Shown here: positions 7,601 through 16,396 of the stretch, one piece after another | How positions within the stretch are numbered: the first letter of the stretch is position 1 | How the letters are laid out: each line of letters begins with the position of its first letter | Source of the DNA: Polyangiaceae bacterium | GTDB lineage: Bacteria; Myxococcota_A; Polyangia; Polyangiales; Polyangiaceae | Length of the DNA: 21,592 bases | Reading direction: 5' to 3' | NCBI GenBank assembly: GCA_044222475.1 | Contig: JBGANF010000134.1 | Location: 1-21,592, forward strand | The notes under the pieces: model-generated | Database searches by the model: none | The model's input: only the letters and a program-made list of their open reading frames with translations | What the model was told of the DNA's origin: nothing | Translations under genes and position numbers: made by a program

Positions 7601-8421
7601 GCGAAGCGCCACGTCGTGAGCCCGCCGATCGAGTACGGCCGCGCGAGGACGTCCTTGCCGCCGACGCGCAGCGTGGCGGTGGCGCCGGTCTCGAGCGCGA
7701 CGCCGATGTCTTGCTCCTCGCCGACTTCGGCGTCGATCACGACGTCGCGCACGCCGATGAGCGGGCTCGCCGCGCCCATCGGGAGGGTGCAGCCACGACC
7801 GCTCACCTGCACCGGTGCGACGTTCACTCCGTACGCGCCGGGCGTGCGGTAGGTCGCCGCGAGCGGCGCGTCGGCCGCGGCGAGCGCGTCCTTCTCGTTC
7901 ACTCCGGCGAGGACCGCCCAGTCGAGCGCGCCGGTGATCGTCGCCTCGGACGCGCAGCCGCGCGCCGCGCGATACTCTCCCGCGGCCTTGGCGTCGCCGC
8001 GACGGAGCGAGATCTCCTCGAGCGAGCGCGCGATGACGCCGCGTGAGAACGGATCGTCCGCCTTGGCCATCGCCGCGGCGAGCTTCTTCTCGAGCTCGGC
8101 GTCGGCCGGAGCGCGGTACCAGAGCGCGCTGTCTCCAGCGGACGAGCGGAACGGCTCGACCGTGCGCTCGACGAGCGCGTCGAGCGCGGCGAGCAGCGCC
8201 GGGAGCGAGCGCTTGTCGTCGGGGCTGTCGACCGCGGCGGTCACGATGTCGGCGTACATCGCGCGCGACTTCGCGGCGCTGCCGGTCGACTCTTCCTTGA
8301 GCGCGGCGCCGAACAGCGCGCCGTAGTCGGGGCCGTTGCCGTGCGGGCTCTTGGGGTTGTTGTTACCGCACGCGAGGATCGCGAGCGCGGAGGCCGCGAG
8401 GAGGGCGAAGCGAGCTTTCAC
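4663..8421 (-). CDS. Large lipoprotein, ~1252 aa: beta-sandwich + TPR-like helices + DUF3857-like + degenerate transglutaminase-like domain
   Basis: GTG start at 8421 overlaps the upstream TGA (GTGA) and has a GGAGGT SD. Lipobox LAILA-C. DUF3857-like 'RIHKKDGRVLEP...LEQGDVIEALYE'. TG-like 'HEGSRTWLITRALRQLG', 'FSHPL', 'WIDAD' with no catalytic Cys. Confidence 0.85.
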   Translation of the reverse strand: MKARFALLAASALAILACGNNNPKSPHGNGPDYGALFGAALKEESTGSAAKSRAMYADIVTAAVDSPDDKRSLPALLAALDALVERTVEPFRSSAGDSALWYRAPADAELEKKLAAAMAKADDPFSRGVIARSLEEISLRRGDAKAAGEYRAARGCASEATITGALDWAVLAGVNEKDALAAADAPLAATYRTPGAYGVNVAPVQVSGRGCTLPMGAASPLIGVRDVVIDAEVGEEQDIGVALETGATATLRVGGKDVLARPYSIGGLTTWRFATVHVTKGTVRLVARVGSVAGGSVEIDAWDAHGKPLKLRAPSAGSRATVTAGDVKRVGMFDAKTDSERTLAAAALLASGESRPAERILSEATKRDDAPAELLLVSLRALMTASDLPSVQRAERARALVDRILDKSPASWEAILIHAELAGDRKGASEAAIEALKDLDAHKAKVTPDGAPILDAYEAAIAGGENLHDRARNAFARAKGPLAGAPILDDVERVAFGRSDADTVTFECGQRPGHRRDDLRCYQALEAIGKRGDALSELGRVRMLYGEPKSFLSTFVRASLAANDVPGAKAAFDAMLPGEKNLANLLAVRGFGTPAWNAANDKDVVKELLGLAATAPDSPAALPALLRSLGDDPALEFEGVAAKLAAEDRLKPKESNKAATLLLSHVERYRVLDGGVLRWIMFDVRRVTGTTDIEENAAAAPPDIAGRQVLRSLRRRIHKKDGRVLEPDRNPNAAQSHADLAQLEQGDVIEALYEGIAVPSETGDLVIDTPDLLPERISVSTATLELRVPAAVKSDLWMHPLLGKPVEKTEGGDRILTWTVKDQGNRHLEDGVPKMDRSVGFTYGTAEWGTIARSLRETLAGLEDDDPEVSAWAIAAGAGKAAASRELVDAVVQKAGDTVREASAADLSDINIGSADGSTARTILATHEGSRTWLITRALRQLGVPVDIVIAENVPYSADPKFPVRFGRFSHPLAVAHVTTGGKTEDVWIDADVSGPPLPAGRISPELRGRAMISVDGKIAELPKTSGAEERDEVDLRLVVDDNGDAKGTLTVLLRGRAAQEIAEALYRIVGVEREKALRGIALGWLPFANVENVALSSTEGSWQVAVRADVSVPAYAQPEGQKTRTWVLPGIEPIHYVYPRSQVATLSATYASEGTRESALAISRTVQYHVHRRVELPKGAAILRLPGPVDVKDPNIEAQRKIAVDGLTIDEEFNLAVATGTVPIARYGAFVQSAHKADDGFLASTKVKPAK

Positions 8422-11400
8422 GGCGCACCTCCCACTTCGACCGCGCGAACCGACCGGTGCATGAGCCCGTCGATCTTCTGGAGGAACGCGCGCCACGGCG
8501 TGTACTTGTCGATCGGGACGAGGTGCATGTCGAAGGACACGCTCCGCTTCACGATGACCGTCTTGGGATCCTTCGGATCACGCGTGACCTCGAGCGATGC
8601 CTTCCCGAACTCGCCGCCCTCGACGGAGCCGCCCGGCGGGAGCTCGCCGAACTGGTAGCCCGCGGGGGCGGTGATGCGGAGCGTGCGCGTCTGATGGCTC
8701 GGCGCGAGGCCGGGCGGGAGCGATACCGGAAGGGTACGGTTGAGCAGCGGCGCGAGCGCCGACGTGTACGTCCAGCTCGGAGAGAACGGAATCACGAGAT
8801 CCTTCTGTTCGCGTCGGGCGAGGCCCTGCGACTTCGCCTTGTATTTCACGGTGGCGGCGCCGAGCGCGAGCTCGCCGTCGAACTCGACGTTCTTGTCGAC
8901 CTCGACGGTGGGGAACCAGCCGCCGACCAGGTTGTCCTGGACGTACTGCGCGCGCGCGTCGGCTTCCTTCAGGTAGTTGCGGAGGAAGAACGCACCGTCG
9001 CCGGTGTGGCGCTCCGAGCCGACGAGCTCGCCGGAGCCGTCGGCCTTGACGGTGATGGTCCAGTTGACCTCGGTACCGTGGTCCTCCGGCGCGGCGTTCG
9101 GCAGGCGGACGATCTCGGCGGGGCCGGCGTCCATGCGGAGCGCGACCGCGCGCGCGTCCATCGACGGGAGCGGGCCGAGGCGGGACTGCGGGCTCGTCGC
9201 GTCGAGGTAGGTGCCGCCGTTGGGGCCGGTGCCGGGCAGGAACGCGATGCCGTGATCGAACATCGGGATCGCGACGTTCTTCGCGAGGAGCACCGTCGGC
9301 TCGCCGGTCTCGCGCGTCTGCACGAGGACCTCTTGGGCTTCGATGCCGACCGCGCGAAGCAGCGTGATGAGGAGCAGCGCCTTGTCGTCGCAGTCGCCCT
9401 CGCGTCGCGCGAGCAGCTGCTGCGGGCGGTTCGGCAGCCACGACTCGCCGGAGACGTAGTTCACGTAGCGAATGTCGTCCGCGACGAAGTCGAAGATCGC
9501 CTTGAGCTTCGCCTCGCGCGTCGTCTTGCCCTTCGTGAGATCGGCCGCGATGCGCTTCACCTGATCGTCGGGGTCGGTGAAGCCGCGAACGGCTTCGGCG
9601 TACCACGTGCGGAAGTCCGTCCAGTTCTTGAACGTCGAGCCGGCGATCACCGGGACGGTCTCGCTGAGCGCAGGAGCGAGCGGCTCCTCGGCGACGCTCG
9701 GCGGAGCGGTCCACACGAGGCGCGTGACGTGGCGCCCGTTAGCGTCCTTCTCTTCCTTCGTGTAGCTGCCCGGTGCCGCGTTGAGGACGTCGACCCAGAT
9801 CGGCGTCTGAGCCGTCGCTTCGACGACGACCTCGTTGTAGAGGATCGGGTGCGCCGAGGTGGATCCGGCGTAGTCGAGGAAGTAGTACGGCGGGTCGCCG
9901 CGCCCACCGACCGCGTGATCGGTCCAGCTGCGCACCGCGACCTCGACCGTGTCTCCGGGGAGGAGCTCCGGCCAACGGATGCGCGGGCGCATCCCGTCGT
10001 TGTTCTCCTCGAGAGGGTACGCCGTGCCGCCGTCCTTGCGGTGCACGCGCGCGCGGAGGATCTCGGTCGTGTCGCCCTCCATCGGGATGTTCTCGTAGAG
10101 CTCTTCCTGGGTGCGCGGAGCGATGACGATCTCGCGCGCGTAGTGGATGAGCTGCGACACGCGGCGATCGGGGTGCATCACGACGGCGCGCAGCCAGTGG
10201 AGCTGGCGGTCGGCGACGTCGGGCTTGGGCGGCACGCCCTTGCGGCGCGCGAGCAGGGTGGCCGACGCGACCATGTACTTCTCGTCGTCGCGCGATCCGG
10301 CGTCTTCCTTCTCGGTGCGCATCGCCATCTGCGCGCGGTACCGCGCCTCGGCGGGGGCGAGCTCGCGCGCGCGCTCGAGCGCGCCGAGGACGAGCGCGTC
10401 GACGTTCTTCGCGCCGAGCTTCGACGCGAGGGACTTCGCATGATCGGGGGTCGCGCCGGTGAGCTCGTCGGCGAGGGCCGACCACGCTTCGGCGCGGTTC
10501 GGCGCCATGCGCATGACGATGAACGCGAGGTCGAGCGCCTGGTCGTGCGCGCCCGCCGCGCCGAGCGACTGGACGATGTCGATCGCCTCGTCGGCGTCGG
10601 CGATGCCGGCCTCGGCGATGGCGCTCGCGGCGGCGCGGGCCATGTCTTCCTTGCCGCGCGCGCTGGCGGCGCCGACGAGATCGCCACCGCGCTCGCCACG
10701 GCGAGCGAGGATCTCGGTCGTCTGGAGAGCGCGCGCCTGGTCGTACGATCCGGCGAGGCTGGCGAGCTCGTCGAGCAGCGACGTCGGCGCGTCTTGCGGG
10801 TGTGCATCGGCCCACGCCGCGAGGTGGTGGTACGCACGAAGCTTCAGCGCGTCGGTGCCGAGCGCTTGATCGACGAGCGCATCCATGAGGAGGGCCTCGG
10901 AGTCGGTCGCGCCGGCCAGCGCCGTCGTCGCCGCTGCGCGAGCCCAGTCGACCATGCGAGCCGACAGGTGCTGCGCGACGAGACGCCGCTCGGCGAACGC
11001 CTTGGCCTTCGCGTCGCCGCTCTTGTCGGCCAAATCACGTGCAGTATGCAACCATCCGCTGCGGTTCGAGCCCGAGGGAGCGACCCACCCCGCCATCGCG
11101 TAGCGATCGGCGTCGAGGCCGGCGACGTGGGTGAACGCGTCGAGCAAGCCCGGCGCCCGGGGGCTCTTCATGTCGTCCGCGCCACCCAGGGTGCGGACGA
11201 TGATCTCGTCGAGGCGGGTGTCGAGCCCGGCCCCGGCGAGCGTGACGTTGCCCGGAGCGAGCGTCTGCTCGAGCGGCGTCTGGACCCGCGAGACCTTGGA
11301 CGTACCGGCGGTGCCGGGGTCGGTCGAGTCCTTCGCCACGATCGGCGCGCCGGCGGGATCGGTGAGGCGGATGCGCACCCGACCGTCGTCGTCGAGGGCG

Positions 11401-12215
11401 CCGCTGCAGACCTTCACCGCGACCACGTGCGGGCCGGCACCGTCGACCTTGGCGGCGAGGCGATCGAACATCATCGACTCGTGGACGTCGTCGCTCTGGG
11501 CGGCGTCCTGATCGTCGACGATGAGGCGCACCGATCCGGTGGCGGCCACGCGCACGACGAACGGACCCGCTTGATTGAGGCGCGTCGCGACGTAGGTGCA
11601 GCTCTCCTTGCGAGGCGCGACGAACACGTCGAGCGGGACGCCGTCGGCTCCGGCGTACGACTCGGGGAGATCACGCCAGCGAACCGAGACGGTGCCCCAG
11701 GAGTAGTCACCCTTGGGGTCGCCCCAGGTGCCCTTCTCGGAGCCCTCTTTGCGGGCGAGCCCGCCCCCGGTGTCGCGGAACGGGCCGACGATCGCGAGGT
11801 GGGTCACGAGGCCGAGATCGCGATCGGACTTGATGCCGCTCGCGAGGCCTTCGTCCGGCGCGAGCGAGCGGGCGACGAGCTCGGCCTCGCCCTTCACGTC
11901 GGCGGGGAGCTTGCTCGAGTCGGCGATCGCGTGCGCGGCGCGCGACGCGACGCCGTAGTTCGCGCGATCGGCGAGGGCGGCGATGGACGCGAGCGCGCCG
12001 AGCCCGGTGTGGGCGGTCGCCGTGGGCGCCATCGCGCGAGCCTTCGCCGCCGCGATCATCCCGTCGGGAGTGGCGTCGGTGTAGCGAGTCGGGCCGGCGG
12101 CGGCCGCCGCCGGCGTGGGCGGCGCAGCGCCCCCAGCCCCGAGCGCGACCGCGGGGACGACGAGAAGGAGAAATGGAACGACGCTGGGTAGGGTGAAGAC
12201 GGCTTGCTTTCGCAT
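8418..12215 (-). CDS. Large exported DUF3857/transglutaminase-like protein, ~1265 aa, intact Cys-His-Asp triad
   Basis: Signal peptide MRKQAVF...LLLVVPAVALG. 'LAIVGPF...VRLIVD...GPHVVAVKV' beta-sandwich, then TPR-like helices, then 'ARVHRKDGG...LLPGDTVEV' (DUF3857-like). Catalytic region 'IRYV', 'GDCDDKALLL', 'FDHGI', 'YLDAT'. Start reassigned to ATG 12215. Confidence 0.9.
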   Translation of the reverse strand: MRKQAVFTLPSVVPFLLLVVPAVALGAGGAAPPTPAAAAAGPTRYTDATPDGMIAAAKARAMAPTATAHTGLGALASIAALADRANYGVASRAAHAIADSSKLPADVKGEAELVARSLAPDEGLASGIKSDRDLGLVTHLAIVGPFRDTGGGLARKEGSEKGTWGDPKGDYSWGTVSVRWRDLPESYAGADGVPLDVFVAPRKESCTYVATRLNQAGPFVVRVAATGSVRLIVDDQDAAQSDDVHESMMFDRLAAKVDGAGPHVVAVKVCSGALDDDGRVRIRLTDPAGAPIVAKDSTDPGTAGTSKVSRVQTPLEQTLAPGNVTLAGAGLDTRLDEIIVRTLGGADDMKSPRAPGLLDAFTHVAGLDADRYAMAGWVAPSGSNRSGWLHTARDLADKSGDAKAKAFAERRLVAQHLSARMVDWARAAATTALAGATDSEALLMDALVDQALGTDALKLRAYHHLAAWADAHPQDAPTSLLDELASLAGSYDQARALQTTEILARRGERGGDLVGAASARGKEDMARAAASAIAEAGIADADEAIDIVQSLGAAGAHDQALDLAFIVMRMAPNRAEAWSALADELTGATPDHAKSLASKLGAKNVDALVLGALERARELAPAEARYRAQMAMRTEKEDAGSRDDEKYMVASATLLARRKGVPPKPDVADRQLHWLRAVVMHPDRRVSQLIHYAREIVIAPRTQEELYENIPMEGDTTEILRARVHRKDGGTAYPLEENNDGMRPRIRWPELLPGDTVEVAVRSWTDHAVGGRGDPPYYFLDYAGSTSAHPILYNEVVVEATAQTPIWVDVLNAAPGSYTKEEKDANGRHVTRLVWTAPPSVAEEPLAPALSETVPVIAGSTFKNWTDFRTWYAEAVRGFTDPDDQVKRIAADLTKGKTTREAKLKAIFDFVADDIRYVNYVSGESWLPNRPQQLLARREGDCDDKALLLITLLRAVGIEAQEVLVQTRETGEPTVLLAKNVAIPMFDHGIAFLPGTGPNGGTYLDATSPQSRLGPLPSMDARAVALRMDAGPAEIVRLPNAAPEDHGTEVNWTITVKADGSGELVGSERHTGDGAFFLRNYLKEADARAQYVQDNLVGGWFPTVEVDKNVEFDGELALGAATVKYKAKSQGLARREQKDLVIPFSPSWTYTSALAPLLNRTLPVSLPPGLAPSHQTRTLRITAPAGYQFGELPPGGSVEGGEFGKASLEVTRDPKDPKTVIVKRSVSFDMHLVPIDKYTPWRAFLQKIDGLMHRSVRAVEVGGAP

Positions 12216-12335
12216 GGAACCTGCAACCAGCGTTCGTAGCAGGGCTTCCGTCGCGATGCGCGCCGAAACTGAACGCTTGCGGCCCTTTCCCCCGAGCCCC
12301 GCCCTTGCTAATCGGAATCGCGGAGAACTCGCCAA

Positions 12336-13622
<1,287 letters not shown>

Positions 13623-13635
13623 GGAACGAAAGAAC

Positions 13636-14577
13636 ATGCCCACTCGCAAGAAGATCGGTCTCATTGGCGCAGGCAACATCGGCGGAGAGCTCGCGCGGCT
13701 CTGCGCCAACCGAGAGCTCGGCGACGTCTGGCTCTTCGACATCGCGGCGAAGGAGAACTTCGCCAAGGGCAAGGCGCTCGACCTCGAGCAGAACGGCAGC
13801 GTCCTCGGCTACGACTCGAACATCCGCGGGACGAGCAACTGGGCCGACCTCGCTGGCTCCGACGTCCTGATCGTCACCGCGGGCATCCCGCGCAAGCCGG
13901 GCCAGTCGCGCGACGACCTCGTCGCGACGAACCTCCCGATCATCCGCGACGTCGCGAACAACGCGAAGCAGCACTGTCCGGGCGCGTTCGTGATCGTGAT
14001 CTCGAACCCGCTCGACGCGATGGTCTACGAGTACAAGCGCGTCACCGGCTGCGCCAAGGGAATGGTCGCCGGCATGGCGGGCGTGCTCGACAGCGCGCGC
14101 TTCCAGCTCTTCCTCGCCCGTGAAGCGGGCGTGAGCGTGAAGGACGTGCGCGCGATGGTCCTCGGCGGCCACGGCGACGACATGGTGCCGGTCCTCTCGA
14201 TGACGACGATCAACGGCGTCCCGGCGAGCACGCTCATCGCGAAGGAGAAGCTCACCGCGATCATCGAGCGCACCCGCAAGGGCGGCGGCGAGATCGTCAA
14301 CCTGATGGGCACGAGCGCGTACTACGCGCCGGCGACGAGCGCGGTCGCGATGGCCGAGGCGTACCTCCTCGATCAGAAGCGCCTCCTCGCGTGTGCGGCG
14401 TACCTCGAGGGCGAGTACGGCTACAAGGATCTCTTCATGGGCGTCCCGGCCGTCATCGGCGGCAAGGGCATCGAGAAGATCGTCGAGATCCCGCTCACGG
14501 CGGAAGAGAAGGGGATGCTCGAGAAGAGCGCGAAGAGCGTTCAGAGCGTCGTCGACGTCTGTAAAAAGACGGCGTGA
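13636..14577 (+). CDS. mdh: Malate dehydrogenase (LDH-like), 313 aa
   Basis: GAGNIGG, TAGIPRKPGQSRDDL (Arg at the MDH specificity site), SNPLDAM, LDSARF, LGGHGDDMVP; 13 nt after icd with GAGGA SD. Confidence 0.97.
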   Translation: MPTRKKIGLIGAGNIGGELARLCANRELGDVWLFDIAAKENFAKGKALDLEQNGSVLGYDSNIRGTSNWADLAGSDVLIVTAGIPRKPGQSRDDLVATNLPIIRDVANNAKQHCPGAFVIVISNPLDAMVYEYKRVTGCAKGMVAGMAGVLDSARFQLFLAREAGVSVKDVRAMVLGGHGDDMVPVLSMTTINGVPASTLIAKEKLTAIIERTRKGGGEIVNLMGTSAYYAPATSAVAMAEAYLLDQKRLLACAAYLEGEYGYKDLFMGVPAVIGGKGIEKIVEIPLTAEEKGMLEKSAKSVQSVVDVCKKTA

Positions 14578-14615
14578 CCTGGACCAACCTGGCAGGCGCG
14601 GAAAGAGCGAAGTCG

Positions 14616-14767
14616 CAGGTTGCGTGCACCCTCGCGGCCTGGCAGGTCATCGCTCGGGAGCGGGAAAGGGAGGGGGAGCGGATGACGTCCCCTCCCGCTC
14701 CCACTCCCACTCCCACTCCCACTCCCGAGCGTTCTCGCAACAGTTCGGCACGAGGGCACGCAACCTG
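14616..14767. repeat. Nested palindromic element with hexamer repeats between convergent genes
   Basis: Outer IR caggttgcgtgcaccctcg (14616-14634) / cgagggcacgcaacctg (14751-14767). Inner IR cgctcgggag (14651-14660) / ctcccgagcg (14722-14731). A G-rich GGGA arm faces four CTCCCA repeats. Confidence 0.75.
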
Positions 14768-14793
14768 GAAAGACTCGGCTCACGCGGAGCTTG

Positions 14794-15225
14794 CTAGGGC
14801 TTGACCCTCACCGGCACTCTCACCGTCATCGCCACTCCCTTGAACGGGCGCGTCGCCACGCGGTGGAAGCTCCCGTGCAGGCACGAGCCCGTCGGTCCTT
14901 CGGCGAGCCGATCGGGCTCGACGACGACCTCGGTGCCGTAGCCCTCTGGCTGGACCGTGACGATCACCGTCGCGGTCCCGGCCGCGTCGCCGTTGCAGCA
15001 GCGCTGCGCGAAGTCGCGCGCTTGCTCGAGGCTCTTCTTCAAGGCGCTCGTGTCGAGCGCGCCGCTCTCGTCCACGCCGACGGGCTCGAGCGGCTCCGGC
15101 TCGCAGCTCCCTTCGCCGTCGTCGATCGGGCGCGACGGCGCCGGCGGCAGCTCGACCTGCTGCGCAGGGCGCTCGCGCGCGCACGCAGCGACGAAGATCA
15201 ACACGAACGCGGAGGAGAGCCTCAC
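14794..15225 (-). CDS. Small lipoprotein with AgmX/PglI-C-terminal (TonB-C-like) domain, ~143 aa
   Basis: Lipobox VLIFVAA-C, Pro-rich linker, then 'AQRCC..GTATVIVTVQPEG..TEVVV...TGSCL...F.....PFKG..MTVRVPV'. Start may be GTG 15225 or GTG 15243. Confidence 0.7.
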   Translation of the reverse strand: MRLSSAFVLIFVAACARERPAQQVELPPAPSRPIDDGEGSCEPEPLEPVGVDESGALDTSALKKSLEQARDFAQRCCNGDAAGTATVIVTVQPEGYGTEVVVEPDRLAEGPTGSCLHGSFHRVATRPFKGVAMTVRVPVRVKP

Positions 15226-15243
15226 GCGAGGATGATGACCCAC

Positions 15244-16236
15244 CTACTTGCAGATCGCGAGCAGGCCCGAGTAGCTCTGGAACGCGCCGTGGTAGACGGT
15301 TCCGTCCGCCGGCCGTAGCTCGACGCCGTTCACCTGGAAGTAGAACTGGACGTCCGCCTCGACGAGCGCGTCCTTCACGACGTACGGGAACTTCGGGCAG
15401 TCGGCCTTGTTCGTGATGGTGTTCCCGGAGAACGGCTGGAGCGGCCGGAGGTCGACCGCGTAGCTGACGTTGTTGCCGGAGAAGCCGGCGATCGAAACGG
15501 GCTTCCACGAGAAGCTCCCGCTGCCGCCGATGCGCGTGTAGATGCGCGCGTCGAGCTTCTTCCACGCGTCCGGATTGTTCCAGTCCGTCACGCCCGGCTC
15601 GTAGGCCTCGAAGCTGACCTGACGAATCGCGGCGCGCTGCTCGACCCACGAGTCGTAGACGAAGCCGGTGCCGAGCGCGCGGCCGTCGCCCGGGCACGCC
15701 TTGCCGTCGTTGCAGGTCGCGCGCGAGGTGACGACCCAGGTGTTCCCCATCCAGTCCGGCGCGGACGCCGGGACGGTGATCGGGAAGTGGAAGTTCTTGC
15801 CGTAGGCCGAGTCGTACGAGTGGCAGCCCCAGCGGCTGGTGCTCTCGAACCAGATCGCGAGGTCGTTCGCCGGCGCGCCCTCACCGAGCACCGCCGAGGG
15901 GATCGTGAACGTCGGCGCGAGCGGCCCCGACGGGTTGAGGCCGGCGACGACGACGCTCTTCGGCGTGGTCGTACCAAGTTGGTACCAGGCCGTCGTCGAG
16001 AACGCGGGGTAGCCGCCCGACGTGCCGGTGCACGGGGTGCGCGCGGTGTCGTACGCGATCGTGACCTTCGTGCCGGTCGCGAGCTTCTTCGACGACGAGA
16101 CCGTCCAGTCGGCCTTGAACGAGATCGTCGCGGTCTTCGTGACCGCGGCTTCGTCCGAGGCGTCGTCGCCTTCGACTTGCGCCGAGCAGGCGGCGAGGAG
16201 GGGGAGGGCGAGGAGCGCGATCAGCCGTCGATTCAT
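15244..16236 (-). CDS. DUF6209-like lipoprotein, 330 aa
   Basis: Lipobox LPLLAA-C. 'ISFKADW...VTIAYDTARTPC...DLAIWFESTSRWGCHSYDSAYGKNFHF' matches my recollection of myxobacterial DUF6209 domains. Start reassigned to ATG 16236. Confidence 0.75.
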   Translation of the reverse strand: MNRRLIALLALPLLAACSAQVEGDDASDEAAVTKTATISFKADWTVSSSKKLATGTKVTIAYDTARTPCTGTSGGYPAFSTTAWYQLGTTTPKSVVVAGLNPSGPLAPTFTIPSAVLGEGAPANDLAIWFESTSRWGCHSYDSAYGKNFHFPITVPASAPDWMGNTWVVTSRATCNDGKACPGDGRALGTGFVYDSWVEQRAAIRQVSFEAYEPGVTDWNNPDAWKKLDARIYTRIGGSGSFSWKPVSIAGFSGNNVSYAVDLRPLQPFSGNTITNKADCPKFPYVVKDALVEADVQFYFQVNGVELRPADGTVYHGAFQSYSGLLAICK

Positions 16237-16302
16237 GGGCGGGCTCATAGCACCCACATCGTCCGACATCAACCCACTAACTCACGTTTGAGTTACGAAT
16301 TC

Positions 16303-16344
16303 ACAAAAGAAGGGGGCCGGGGAGCTCCCAGAAGCTCCCCGGCC
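16303..16344 (-). terminator. Intrinsic terminator for the pilin-lipoprotein transcript
   Basis: 12-bp stem ggccggggagct (16315-16326) / agctccccggcc (16333-16344), followed on - strand by CCCTTCTTTTGT; 52 nt downstream of the 537-aa gene stop. Confidence 0.75.
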
Positions 16345-16396
16345 GCGTATGCGAAATCTTGGTGCGGAAGCGCTTTTGGGCGCGTCCAGAGGCGCC

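Noticed and set aside
4631..12191. Very long alternative ORFs (4651-8046 +, 8457-12191 +, 4631-7189 -, 8578-9714 -)
   Set aside because: Antisense or frame-shifted shadows of real genes, expected in high-GC DNA; Arg-rich, with no motifs.
14495..14804. Short ORFs with PTPTPT, GSGSGS or SHSHSH runs after mdh
   Set aside because: These are translations of the non-coding hexamer repeat in different frames.
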